Positions 13,492 to 27,095 of a stretch of DNA of 64,000 nt are shown here, piece by piece. Source of the stretch: Hydrolagus colliei (Eukaryota); assembly GCA_035084275.1 (NCBI GenBank), contig CM068754.1:9734001-9798000 (forward strand), read 5' to 3'. Position numbers and translations under genes: made by a program. The notes under the pieces are model-generated. The model did no database searches. It worked only from the letters and a program-made list of their open reading frames with translations, and was not told the DNA's origin. Position 1 is the first letter of the stretch. Each line of letters begins with the position of its first letter.

Positions 13492-16400
13492 CCCAAGACA
13501 CAAAGTGGCTCTCAACATTACAATACCTGATGTTCAGCCTCAAAAAATCAAACTTGATGACAGTGCAATAATAGCAATACTCCTTACATTTGTGTAAGTG
13601 CCTTATCACATCCTCTAAATATCTCAAAATGTGAGGATTATCGATTTTTACGGGCAAGAGTAATTTAACCATTTAGCTGTAAAGTTTCTTATTTATAAAA
13701 AGTGGGCTATTAAGTTCATGGATTTCTTGATGGGTTGACTATTGTGTACCTCTGTGTTTTCATTAATTTATAAAGTGAAGCAACCCAACAAAGAAATGGT
13801 AGAATTCAGCTACTAAAGGCTGATGGACTTTTGATGTCCATACATTTTGATGTCTTTTTAAACCCATGTTGCCTGGTGAGTAGTATAACATTAAACTCCT
13901 ATAAGCCTAAATGCCCCCAAACATATATACCAAAGTGTATTAATATTTTTAATATATTTAATACTGATCCGAACTGAAAATACATACTGGGGCTGTCATA
14001 TGTAACCTTCTCATTCAGATAAGAAGAGCGTTCCGTGTGTCAATGAAACATGAGCCATATTCTATTTCACCAAAGAGAAATGTGCAGAACATGTGTTTTC
14101 TAAAATAAATGCATTGTGTACCAAGTGCTCTACAAGCAAGTTCTTTTTATTAACAGTCTCATGGGAAGTTCTAATATCCACTGCCTGTTAGTCCAGGAAG
14201 TAGGAAATTCATGAGTGGGTATAAGCTTTCCTATGTTCAACAGAAACGGGCTGGAGCTCAGTGATACTCAATATGCACTTGGTTCTCTCCTGTTGAGTTT
14301 ATTGCTCAATGTCCCAGATATGGATACTTGTATCTTTGATAAAAAGTGAAATTTTAGTAATTGACAGGAACTTAGTCCGTCGTCTTCTCCGGGAACAGAG
14401 AAAAGATATTTTAACAATTGTGCTTTTCAGAATTTATTCCTTTGCACTTCCTCAGACCTTTGAGTTCAAAAAGACCATTCTTACACCCAACTGTTTCAGT
14501 AAAATAATATATTTTTCTTCATATTATTGGCAAAACACCATTCATTCAAATATGTCCGGTATCTTTTCGTTTACAGAGTGAACATTTTTCGACTAACCAT
14601 CTCGAAATACATTTCTTTTTTTTTTAAAAGTTGTAATTATTTGCGAAATGGTGCTGTAAATAAAATGATATTGTAACATAGCCACATTGCAAATATTCAA
14701 GCAAGCTGTGCATTATATAAGTTTGAATCATTAGTATGTTCATCCATACTTTCATACTCAGAATTACTTTCTCCAGAAACTATTATGTGAAGAGAAATCT
14801 GATCACAAAGTCTTGGCTGTTTTTATTTTGTTGCATTTTCATAAAATATTTACCAAAGAATCATTTTTAAAAGCAGGTTTAATAGTACAGGAGATGCCAT
14901 TTCTATATGTTGTTCTCCGTTGCTAAACTGTTTGCTATCAAGTGAAAATTAAGCATTAATATTTTTTCTTAGGGCATAAGTCATTCCAAACCATCTAATT
15001 GAAACTGGAGTATCATTTTCCTTAATGCTGCCAGAGAACCTAGGGCCAGACATTCCTCTCCATTAATGTCAGCAAAAATACCAACCTGCATAAACAGGAT
15101 TTGCATATTGGGTATTTATATAAAATTAGTTGTTTAGCACAATCGCTGAATATTCCCGCCGGCCCAAAGAACACAGCGAAAGTGTTTGCCAAAAAGAAAC
15201 ACAATTGAGCTTAAGCTAAAATTATAGAAAAACATGTGTAACATTTCTGATGCTGAGATGACATATGTTAAGGTAACATTTCACCTAAGGTCAGATGTGG
15301 TGTGTGTGAAGACGCCAAACTTGCAATGTAATGCTATGTGAACATAGAGCACAATATTTTCTGCTCAGAGCATATTTGGGGTATTTTCAAGTGGAAAAGG
15401 AGAAGAGGGAGTTTGATTGAGTGTGAAAGACATTGGAAGCTCTCAAGAAGGTCTATACCGGTATACAACAGGAAGAGCTTTCCTAACACTGTCTGATGTG
15501 TGATATTCTGTAATTGAAGATGTGTATTGGTGAGTTACAAACTAGTGTTTGGAATTCCATTCGGGGCTAAAAGTTAGAATTTAAGTTGTACTTCACAAGC
15601 ACAATAACCAGATCTGCCTCAGGGAGACAACATTTCATCTCTCCCCCACCACACCTCAAATTATTCATTATTATTAATGAGCCAGTGAGAGTTTGCTGTC
15701 CAATTTGAGGACTCTTAATTTCATCTAGCAAAGCTAGATGAAGCCCCCGCTCCCCCGACCACCCCCCCAAAAAACACACCAATTCTGACCAAGTAAGTAC
15801 AGTACTGATCTTTTAACATAAATGCTATAAACCTATTTGAATATGACTGATGTAGTAATATAATTCTTGAGTCCACAAACTACATTGTACAAATGGATTG
15901 GTTAAAAAATAAGGGAATTGATAAAAAACAAAATATTAATGAAAAATCTACAACCACTATGTGTTTGCATGCAATCAATAATGTTGTGATTTGATCCAAC
16001 TAAATATTGTATCAATCTATCACTTTCAGAAGCAAACCTTCAATAACTTCATTCTGGTTGAAACCTTTGGCTCCAGCCAATCTGTCATGTTTTTGGTCCA
16101 GGTAGGGAAAGTTAAAAACCTAAAGTTAGAAAACGAAATCTCAAGACTGCTGTATATTCCTATCCTCCAAATAAAAAAGTTTTATTTTAAAAATAAATCA
16201 ATATTTATTTGATTTCATATTTGTATGAGAAATACATTCTGGCTCTAAATATTTTAATAAATTACATAAGTTTTGTGATATATATTCTTAGTGGTATACT
16301 TAATGGATGTTTTGTTTATAAAATTTTCATACAAAATAATAACAAGCGGATTGGAATCATTATTTGGAAATTTTGTTAGTCACAGTTGGTTTATATGAAA

Positions 16401-18954
16401 TCTTTCAATCCATTACAGAGTCATTTTCAAACTGTTTGGGGTCCATTATATTGTTTTGAATCACACATTTTCTTCCAGTTTATATTTTAAAAATCTCAGG
16501 CTGTAGAAAAAAGTGGTGAAGCTTACCCCAAAGGCCTTAAATTCAACACCAGAACATCTGCAATTGTAGTTTTCTCCTTGGGAATAAACATTTCCAAATC
16601 ACTGCCTGTGAGGCTTGATTTGTATCAAGGTCAGAAGAAGCAAACATCAAAGAACATTATTAGATTATTTCCATTTTTTCCTATTCCTTTATTGTTAAGA
16701 TGTGCTATTGAGCAATACTGACATAACCACTGTCTAAAACAGGTTCCTTTCTTCTGGGCAATCAACTCAACTGGAAAGCAATCATTTTATCCCAATGGAT
16801 TAAATCAAAACATTGCCCAGGATATTCTTACTTTATGGCACAATGAGAGGTGGTTAATATTGTCATTCAGTTTATCTGATGATGCTAGCGACAACTGATT
16901 TATCTAAACCCTCACTAATGTTCTCTCTAAGGTAATAGCACTTATTCTGGTACAATGAAAAATGCTCAAGAATTTGCAGTGAATAACACATGCCTTTCCT
17001 TCAAAATCTTAACAAAAGGTCTTAGTGATAGGTCTAGGGAATTTGTATACCAGTTGTGTGGATGGATTTTCCTGATGCTCGTTTTATGCATTGATCTCAA
17101 GTGAAGGCTCCATAGATGGGTGCTCATGTTTTCATTCTTTCCTGTTCATTCCCTTTACATGATTCTCCCACTTCACTAGATTCACTTGATGAATTCCTAG
17201 AAGTTCAGTGGTAGCTGGACCATTGAGTTTAACAAACCTTGCTAAGAAGTCAATTCCTTTCTTTTCTGAGGAAAGATATTCTAAAGTGAATGCACGTCTC
17301 GATATGCATGCTATGCTGACTGCCCATCTATAACGTGGTCCATCGACCACAAGTTGAGATGTTCACTTTGTTTTTGTAAAAGATACTATTTCAAGTTCGC
17401 AAAACATTAGCTCACAACTATCACATCCAGTTTGAACGTGAAGCAGTAAAGTATCTTTAAAATGTGTTGTACCTGGTGACAGAGGAATTCTCGCCACTCT
17501 AATTAAAATGTGATTTATGTCTGTCAATTAACAGCCATTGTTTTAAGAAATAGAGTAATATCTTCATGACCATGTGAGACCCAAGATTCTTTTTGGTACT
17601 GATAGTACTATATGGGCGCAAAACGTGACATGTGATGTGATAATTATCACATGAAATAATTTCATTAATCATCTTTTCAGAAAACTTGCATTGAAATACC
17701 AGGCTCACTGGGTGTTATGTTCATTGGCTTTGGACACAATCATTTTGAAGTTGTGGAGGAGCAGGAAATTGTTTGCCCTGAGACAGCTATAGGAGCAGAA
17801 TATCTGACAATATGATTCAATCAATCAAAAAATCAAAATAGCACTTTTCACTTCGTGAGGATGTCCCAAGGCGCTGGTTTTGTAACACTATTGATAATTG
17901 TCACAAGTGAATGTTAGGGTTTCACCCCTATTTGAGTGACACACCTTTGCGTTTTGTGACTTAGATTAAGCATCCATTTTCAAGACTGAAGGAAAATTTA
18001 AGATTTAACATGTAATGATTAGAAGAATCTTACTTCCCCAATTTAAGTGGTCATCTTCACCTATTTGTCCTATTATTTTGGACGCGGAATACTAATCAGT
18101 AGGTGTGTTATAACATTTTCCTTGTTGGCTGTGTCTCCTGAAAATAATGTACTGTATGTTGTATTTGAATACAAACTCCTTCGCTTTACCTTGAGCCACA
18201 TTTTTCTGTGCAGAAAAAAGAGAAGAAAAAAGTTAAAAGTCTTGGAGCAAAAAGTCTGGCCTTATCACAGGCTTGGGGGGTACACACTGTCGTTTTACTC
18301 AAATACCAACGCAGACTTCCCAGTGCTGTTGGGGACTGGGGTGTTGCGGGGGGGGGGGAAGAATAAATGGCTCAAGCTGTTACTAATGGAAACCCTCTGT
18401 GTGTTAACTGTAACAGATGGAAAATCTTTTAGTGTTGAGGAAAATTTCAGCCTGAAAGATGCAATACCTCTGTACATTTGTATCTCTCCTTTAGATGTGG
18501 AGAACTTTCTGCCGACTTGTAAAGTTCGTTATTGAACTGGTGGGACATTCATTGAGTTGTCTCATGATTATGAGGGCAGTTAGATATCTGGGCGTAATAT
18601 TCCAGTAGGCCCTGACAGTTATTGTAGTCATTTCCAGAGTAGTGCAAATACAGTACTATACTTGGGTAAGACAATCAGGAGGAGTGGGAGGCTAATAGGT
18701 GGTGACCTCCCAAGCTAAAGCCACCAAGACCCTAAGAACATTAGAACCTGAAAGACTTGTAAAGCAGTATTAAGATACAAGCTTATTAATGGTGTATATA
18801 ATGGTATCCTATCGAAGCGGCAGAGGACATTAACTGAACATCACCATAGTTAAAAGAGCTAAATTTTGAGAAGATGACAAACATCAAGTATTCAATATTT
18901 TAGATGCATAGATTCTCATTATAAATGTTTTAACACAGTATTTGATCTATAACA

Positions 18955-19290
18955 TCAACATCTCAAAAGTGTTTCACAGGCTTTACTTTTAAGAGCAATG
19001 GCTACATATTTGTGGGGAAATACTGCAGCTTTTTTGCTTATAGCAAGTATCACACACACATTAATGAGATGAATGATCGATTTATTTGGCGGACTGTAGA
19101 CCAGGGTACTGGGAGAAAATCCTTCCATTTTTTTTAGTGGCAACCTGGACAATAGTTCAAGTTCCAATAAGAGGCTTGATTCAATAACCAGAGAACTACA
19201 AATTTTATCAGGCTGACACGCAGAGTCATATCTCCTCTTACAGTGATAGCACATCATTGCTTTATACCAGCTAGAAAGTCAGCACTGCAG
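18955..19290 (-). mobile_element. Highly diverged Deu-domain-like SINE
   Basis: Same order of blocks as the 2310-3150 and 36290-36562 elements (tail, ...AATGAGATGAATGA..., GACCAGGGTACTGGGAGAAAATCC). Confidence 0.4.
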
Positions 19291-19693
19291 TTGTCTCAAA
19301 TCTCTGCAATGCAGTATACAAAGTGATACAGTATATGCATTTGTATTGATAATCTGCCATCTGCTCTCTTCACAGAACAGGAACCAAAAGGAGTCTCTTA
19401 TTTAGAGCGGTAGACCCATACACGCGAGCACAAAGCATCACTAAGCCACTGTGATGCATCAGCCCAAAATTATCCATTACGGTAGTCCTAGCTAATTTGA
19501 GGAAGCACAAGATGAGTTACCAAACACTGGCAAAGGACTCCAAATGGGAAGACAGACCTAAAGGTGCATGCTTTTAAAAGCGTAGTGCATGAGAAAGGTA
19601 CTGGAGAGTGGCTTGTATGCATTCAATCTACTGTACATTGGAATTTTCTGCAACACACAGGTTTGGCTAACGTCCATGAGTCTTCCTGCGACA

Positions 19694-20015
19694 AAGGAAC
19701 AGGAATAGACCAATCAGCCCCTCAAGCCTGTTCCTCCACTCTATTAGGTCAGCACTGATCTGCATCTCTACTCCAAAAAGCTGCCTTTATCCTACATACC
19801 TTGATACCAAGACCTAACAAAAATCTATCCACCTCACTCTTGAAAATTTGAATGGATCCTGCATCCACAGCCATTTCAGGGAGAGACTTCCAGATTTCCA
19901 CTATCCTTTGTGCGGGAAAAAATGTTTCCTGATTTCGCTCCTCAATGGCCTAGCTCTAATTTTAAGATTATGCCCCCGTGTTCCGGAATCCCCCAACAAA
20001 ATAGATAGTTTCTCT
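19694..20015 (-). mobile_element. CR1-type LINE 3' region
   Basis: AGGAACAGGAATAGACCAATCAGCCCCTCAAGCCTG..AACAAAAATCTATC..TTCCAGATTTCCACTATCCTTTGTG..TAATTTTAAGATTATGCCCC, typical reverse-strand CR1 3' sequence of cartilaginous fish (recall). Confidence 0.8.
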
Positions 20016-20219
20016 ATTTAATTGTTTGATTAAAAGAACTGTTTTTTTTTTCATTTAGACCATCCTAGATTTTAAAGGCACTGGGCACTTTCACTTCTTG
20101 ACAAATGCAAAATTTTAGCCAGAAACTAAAGGAGGCTAATTAGTAGATGTTGAGCAAGCTCGTAGTGTTAATTTCCAATTTGAATTCTGCAGTCCGTTTA
20201 ATGTACCTTTTGCAATCTG

Positions 20220-20545
20220 AGGAATTTTGCGACCCTCATTTCTTAAAGCAGGAGAGGATCTGCCCAACAAACAAAAGGGTCTTTGCACGTAATTAAAAAT
20301 TCTCACACCCTGCTTAATAATGAGTGGCAGCTTCTTGCAGCAACAACAGAAATTGCAGCTGGTGACATGGGCCCTCAGTATTGTTTTTTTTCAGTGTAGC
20401 TTCCCACAGGCCTGAATGATCTCCAGTAAACCTTGTTAATTAGAGCAGTGTAACTTCCCCAATAATTATTTTAAATAGTCCCGATCCCATATTAGTTACA
20501 AATTTATCATTAAAAATCTCTAAGCTAAACACTTCACCTGGAGAA
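20220..20545. promoter_or_regulatory. Putative enhancer / conserved non-coding element
   Basis: Repeat-free complex sequence with TAATTA sites (~20290, ~20437, ~20463), E-box CAGCTG (~20357) next to TGACA, Sox-like AACAAA; conservation not testable here. Confidence 0.4.
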
Positions 20546-21189
20546 GAGAGACTGTTGAAGTTTTCAAAGGTCATGCAGATCTTTCGAGAATTATTTTGAA
20601 TAATAGCCTGTAAAAAGCATCATTACATTTTCTACATATTAATGATTAACACTCTGAATGTAGCTGTTGCGTTTTAACACAAAATATAGGTGTGAATATT
20701 GTATTTATTGCATTAAACTGGCATTACCAGCACTCTGTGTTTGTTTTCATATTATATATTGATAGAATTTAAAATGACCCTCTCAAATGGCTCTCTGCAC
20801 CATTTGCAAAAAGCATTGCCTAAAGGCGAGGATTTTATATTCACATTTACATTACGAGCCAGAGGCAAAACAAAATGCACAAAAACAGGAGAGCAAAAAA
20901 ACATTAGTCATTTCACTGGTTAAAATATGCACAGCACTGGGTAGCAAGGCTGACCATAATTTTGTATTCGATTTTAATGCAGCCTTGTACTCCACTGAGA
21001 TTTCAGTAACTGACAGCATCTTTTTCATTGCCCCAAGCCCCCCAACCTCTTGCATGTATTTGACCTTGGGCATTATTATGTTGCTCCCGTGTGTGCTTTG
21101 GTGTGAAGCGAAACCATTTGCATGTCCTATTCATTCCTTCCAATCAAACTAGCTCAAATGCTGAGCTATAACTGAAAAAAAAATTCAAT

Positions 21190-21650
21190 GCTTCTCGTGA
21201 TGGATGAGATCCTATTAGCTGCCTTAACCCATTCTGGCAGTCTCCCTTTTTTTCTTGTGGACGCTTTGCTGCTGAGTTGTGAGAGCGCATAAATTCCAGG
21301 CCTTTACTTGGCTTGCCAAAGTAAGGTCAGGTTCACAAGGAGCTGTCCGCTGGTTGCAGCAAACACCACCATGTGTTTAGTGCTTGATGAATTAAAAGGA
21401 TGCTGCCAACTTAATTACACTGTAACCCTTCTATAAAGGAAGGGCAGAGCTGATTAACCAGAGAATAATTGGAGACTGATTGATGGCTCTCTCCCTCAGT
21501 GCTAAAGGCTGTATATCTAATTATTCCGCCCCAAGCCTAATTTTTCGTCACCACTGCTGGCACGTTTGTCATCAGCGATAATATATGCTCTCAGCATTAA
21601 AGTGTTATGGATTGAGCCCGAGGTTACTGGAACAAAATCTAGGAAATGGC
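21190..21650. promoter_or_regulatory. Putative Pbx-Hox/Meis developmental enhancer
   Basis: Three TGATNNATKR motifs (21198, 21386, 21477), TGTCA at 21567, several TAATT cores, retained CpGs. Confidence 0.6.
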
Positions 21651-24199
21651 AAGGAAACAGCTCAATGTTCTCCAAATGTGTCACCTGCAAATGGCTAGCT
21701 GCACTAAATCAAAACACCAACAAAGCTTAAAGCAGTTTAGTAGCATTCTGTCACACTATGTGTTTTGCTGGTGCACATTTTTTCTTCATGGTTCAATAAG
21801 CATATACATTAAAATGGCAGTAATATATTTCACAAAATGTATGCTCCAAAAATTGTTATTCGGAGAACAGAATGCAGTATCACTTGAATGCCACACAAGT
21901 ATTAATACTATTTAGTTTTAGTCAAAGTGACATTTTATGTGCAATGTTTACTTGCTGAAAATTATATACAGTAATTTAGCTCCATCTCAAATTTGATTCT
22001 TTTGATGTTGCTTTGTCAAAGGAATAATGGGACATATACTGTTAACTGTCTGGATGTTTAACTTTTCAGTTGTGGCAAAATGAAAACCATAACAACAACC
22101 TATTTTGCTAATTCAAAGAATACAAATAACAAATGTAACTTCCTTTTTTTAGGTATACAAAGCTACAACATTTATTTTTACACACATTGACTGCAGCTCA
22201 CACTTTTAGTATTCGGTAGTCTATTACTTTTGGTGCACTGTATCTGCTGTAGCAACTACTGGAACTTTTTGAGTTCAGTTCAAATGAATCATTCAAGTGA
22301 ATGCTGGCCAGAGGTGAGATGCCAAACCAATTTGTGGAGGCCCAGAATGTATCTACACAAGCACAGCACCTCCTGGCTGCCAAACAAGCAATATTGCTGA
22401 CATTATCGATGGAAATGAGCAAAAATATTCTGTCCTCTTATTTGGGAAAGCACTTTGTAGAATGTATGAGTGACTGGAAGTTATGGGTGGAGGGGGTGGG
22501 AAAGGGGAAATATGTTGTGTAAGGAAGTGTTCAAAATCTGAATAAGCTGCACAAAATATTTATAATTGTTGCTTAGGCAGCTTTTGCCTCTTTTTGTTCA
22601 ATTGCAACTTTCCCAACTCATTATTTCCCAACTTATTGTTGTTGTTAATTTAGTTTCCAGTGGGTATATATCTTCCCAGGTTCAACCTTTTCAAATCTAC
22701 AGCATTCCGGAAATAGTATAAGCAAAATATTCAGTGTTGTGAATTCCATTCCACTCTCCTTAATAATAGATAAACATAAAAAACATTTATTTCTTGCAAA
22801 ATGCAAAGGTACTAAGCGGTTTAATGTATACATGAGAGCCTGATATCATTAGGAATTTTACATTCATGAATGGAAATGTTATTCCCCTTCATGGAGCTCA
22901 ATGAAATTATACTTGAGATGCCAGACACTAATGTACACCTGACTGACAGAAAATGTGGCTTTTCCCCCCAGTGTAAAATATTGTAATGTATCATAGATGA
23001 TAACCAATCAGCAAACATTTTGTAATGTTATTATTACCCAACACATACTGCCATTCACTCTGTGTATTAAATAAAGCGGTCAATATTGGCTGGAATTACA
23101 ATAATAATGCTAATCCAATAATAACTAGGGTTAACCCTTTGAGACATTCTTGCCTTTATCCCACTGTGAAACCTATTCAGAACTGACTTACAACAACTCT
23201 CTAAAGATAAGTAATTGGAGGTGGATGTAGAGACATTATATAGAACTGAAGAATATTTCTCAATGTACTGTGTATTTGAATTAAAGTAACAAATTGTCAT
23301 CTTACAATGTGTTTGCCCTTGATGCAGAAATGCTAATGGTGTCTCTCAAGGTTGAAGGCAGGACCTTTATATTCTACATATACTGTAAGTGTGTACAAAT
23401 GCACATCTGTAATAAAGTACGACAGTTTTTATTCATGGCATGTAAAATATGACAGGGACCTTGTAGGCATATTGAACAGCTGGCAGTTAATTTCTCCTTT
23501 CAGACCCTATGTTGAAATACAGGTTGACATATTTCCATGGGTAGCTGAAATAATGTGTGGCATTTACAAGACAGAGGCTCTGTCATGAAATAAGAAAATG
23601 TACAGATTAAGTGAGACTTTTCTGCCACCAAAAGTAAGAGATGTGCTATCCTTTGTATTCCAATTACCTGATGGAACAATAATTGATTAATATAATAATG
23701 TCTCCAATCGTCAGCAAACTTTAAACCTTTTGGCCGATGAATTTTCTGATACTTTGTATACATATATACACACACACACAGACATACCAGGTTTCACCAT
23801 GGTAATATCTACAAAACATAATTAAGTATCCTAATGAAGTACAGTAAACTCCACATAACTTGTCATTTCAAGGTAAAGGGATTCAGTGATTAATTATGCA
23901 ATGTGACTAGTTATCAGTCTGCATCAATAACTGTGCTTATTCCATATCTATATGCAATGCAGAGTCACCAGCCTGTAATTGATGATAAATTAACATTTTT
24001 AACTGTGTAGGATAATTTGATGAGCCGACTCAGTCCAGGCTCATTCCTTCACAGAGTCTTTGGTCCCAGCCTTATGCTCCCAGGCTGCATTTACTTTTCA
24101 ACACTTCGAGACAGGCAGTGTTCATTTTTCTTCTTTGTAAGATTAAATCCTCCATTCTCTAGTATGCTCCATCTAGCAGCCTCACTGAGAACTGACACA

Positions 24200-24310
24200 A
24201 AACTAATCCAACTACTGGAAGCGGGCTTGAGTGGCAGCCAGTCATGGGACATGAACTTACAACCTTATGGTTAGGAGTCAAGCACTCAGTGACGTAAGCT
24301 ACCAGGTCAC
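24200..24310 (-). mobile_element. Diverged tRNA-like SINE head
   Basis: Reverse complement reads GGTAGCTTACGTCACTGAGTGCTTGACTCC..GTTGTAAGTTCATGTCCC (A/B-box-like). Confidence 0.45.
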
Positions 24311-25658
24311 CCCAAGGTAATTTATATTTTTATAGATTTCAGTGTAGGTTGACGGTTGACAAACCTCTTAGAAAGATACAATAATGTAATTTGAAATCCC
24401 CCTCCATGTGTGTATATATATATTATATATATATATACATACACAAGACATACTTAGCTTCTTTCCTGCATCTTTTGTCATTTTGTCCCCACTCAGATTT
24501 TTGCGGTCTTTAAGGATCAAAAGGATTTTCGGATTCTCAGTTAAGGATTAGCAGAGTGCACCATAAATTGGAAAGCGGGGGGAAAGAAGATATTTGCCTT
24601 CTTTCCCAATCCAACATTGGATTCAGAAATCATTCAAAAGCTGCAATTTTTTTTTAAATGAGAGGACCTTGACGCCTCCCTGTGGAGAACATGCACTATT
24701 TGGACTGAAGGCATAAAAGTGGAAAAATTAATGGTAAGCTGTTCATCTGTCACTGCTGCCAGGCTGATGGTTCCACAGTGCAGAAAAGGGAGGAGATGAC
24801 ATGCCCTCCAGTCAAGGGCATGACTGCCCGCTGTTCTGATGATATAAGCACAAGGCTTTGGATTCTTGGTGAATAGACATCAACTGGATGAAGCATAGAG
24901 AACTGATGTTCATGTAAATCCTCCGTCTCAGTCTTTTTCACTGAATTGCACACCATATTGTACTCTATGAAAAACTCAATTTAGATTGGATGCGAACATG
25001 TGTTTTCTAATCGTGCTGAAATATATTTTTGGAACTTTTTCATAATTAGTCTTTTTTAATCTACACTGGCAATGTAGATTAATCACATCTGTCAGATTCT
25101 GTTTGAATAATATTTTCCTGTTAATAAGAGTGCAGTAACATCATTTTAACTGCACAGTAATATCAATATAGTCCTTTAAATACAACGTGAAACCAATATT
25201 TGCCGAGTCATTTGAATCAATGTCTTATAAACCTCAGGAAAGTAAGGTATCTTACAATACTAAGGGCTTCAGCCTCTGTCCTGCACACAACTCCCACAGA
25301 ATCCAACAGCTGCTTAAACCGTGTCAGTAAATCAACCTTCTCTTCTTGTATTTATTTTGATTGGATTTTTTGATTGAAAGAGCACATGGCGTTGTATGTG
25401 AGATATTCCAAGGAATGTGGAGAGTTTATTAAGAATTGCCAGTTCTTTCTTCACGTTTTCTATTTCAAGGCCTCTGGCATTTAATCAGAACAAAACGGGA
25501 GCCCATTGACGTTACCTAAGAAGATGTGAATTATCAGATTTTACGGTTGAGTAAGACATTCTTCCATTTGGGAACTTAAATCATTTGAGTATTAGATTAT
25601 TTTGTCTGTTCAGTATATTTCACACATGTGAACAGTATTCTCAGCATTTTCAACATAT

Positions 25659-25950
25659 TAATAATAATCCTTGCATTTGATATAGTGCTTTTCAAGACTT
25701 CTAGATGTCTCAAAGCACTTCACAGAATATAGAGTGAATTGACTGTATATTTTGTGGGGGAAATGTGGCAGCCAGTTGTGTACTGCAATGTCCCACAAAC
25801 AGTCATGGATTGAGATGACCAATTTATTTTTTTAAAATATTGAGGGATTATTATCATGAAAATTGCCTAAGGTTTCACCTTGCCTGGAATTGAACCCAGG
25901 ACTCTTGCTGTCAAGGCAAGTGCTCTAACAAATGAGATATAGGACTCCAT
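25659..25950 (-). mobile_element. Full-length dominant SINE
   Basis: (AAT)nCCTTGCATTTGATATAGTGC ... GAATTGAACCCAGG..GTGCTCTAAC..AGGACTCCAT. Confidence 0.92.
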
Positions 25951-26081
25951 ATGGCTTCCATTTCACATCAACACCAACTTTTCAATTTGGTTCCTAGATT
26001 TCTTACCACCACTAGTATTTGGCCACCACTTAACTTCAGTTTCATTATTATCAAAATAATTTAAGAACAGCACTGTCGCAT

Positions 26082-26141
26082 TACAACAACAACAACAACA
26101 ACTTTGATTTATATAGTGCCCTCCACGATTGGCAGCGTCTA
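26082..26141 (-). mobile_element. L2 3' terminal stub with (CAA)n
   Basis: (CAA)nCTTTGATTTATATAGTGCCCTCCACG. Confidence 0.8.
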
Positions 26142-26844
26142 CAACTGAATTTATAAGAAAGACTTGGTATTTGATTCAACATAATGCCACTAATGTGATG
26201 GAGAGGGTATACAGATCTAAACATTAACACAGGGTGACTGTTATTTGCTATTATAAAGCAGATAATATTTTGTGGTACAGAGAATATTGCTCTGGAGTGC
26301 TGTTCTGTAATTCCCTCTTTACTGGACACTCATACATAGATATTTTAATAATACCAGAAATGCTATTGACCTTAAACAAAACAACAAAATTACATCAGTG
26401 ATTAGATTAGTGACTGGGCTCTACAGTCAATGTCCCCATGATATACCTGAAAATAATACAGTACTTATCTGGAATAAATATTTACATTCTTATATCACCA
26501 TGTAATGCAATATTATAATCCGAGAGCCATTATACAACGGTACAATTACAGAGACAGCATCAGGGTCCAAAGCTAGATTGTGAGGGTAGGGTTTACTTCT
26601 GTCTTAAAACTTGTCAAAGCCAATAACTGATGCTAAGCAAACACTGCACCGTTTTGGACAGGTTTTCTGAGGATAATTGGTCAATACAAATAATACATAG
26701 AAGATTAATTTCTTGCAAGAAATTGTTATCTTGTGAGACAATAACTTTTATCATTGCATGGAAAGGGTGAGGCTCTTAGTTATTTGTATAATTCTGTCAC
26801 GTTATTCTTTTGATGGGAATGTATATAGTGTTTTCCAGTGAATG

Positions 26845-27095
26845 ATTTCTATTTGCATCTTATTGTCAGCCTTTTTATAGTTTCTCATGTCTGTGCTTCC
26901 ATTTGCATGCAGATCCTCACATCTCAACACAGGGCAAACTCAAAGAAACAGCTGGCAGCATTTGCATGAAAATGAAGCACCCTTTTTCTATTTGTTTGTT
27001 CATTATAGAAAAGACGATAATCTGCCTAAAATTTGCAAAACAAACAAAGATCACAGGTTTTTTTTTGCAAAATGCATCCAATTGCATAAAAAAAA
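26845..27095. promoter_or_regulatory. Octamer (POU) motif cluster, putative enhancer
   Basis: Perfect ATTTGCAT at 26851, 26901, 26960 in the same orientation, variant at 27031, E-box CAGCTG at ~26949. Confidence 0.5.

Noticed and set aside
18047-18535. Longest ORF in the track (162 aa)
   Set aside because: GTG start, runs through A-rich and poly-G low-complexity sequence, no recognisable domain; consistent with chance
14088-25010. Exact 17-mer GAACATGTGTTTTCTAA at two sites 11 kb apart
   Set aside because: No extension into flanks; one such match is near chance level for 64 kb of AT-rich DNA
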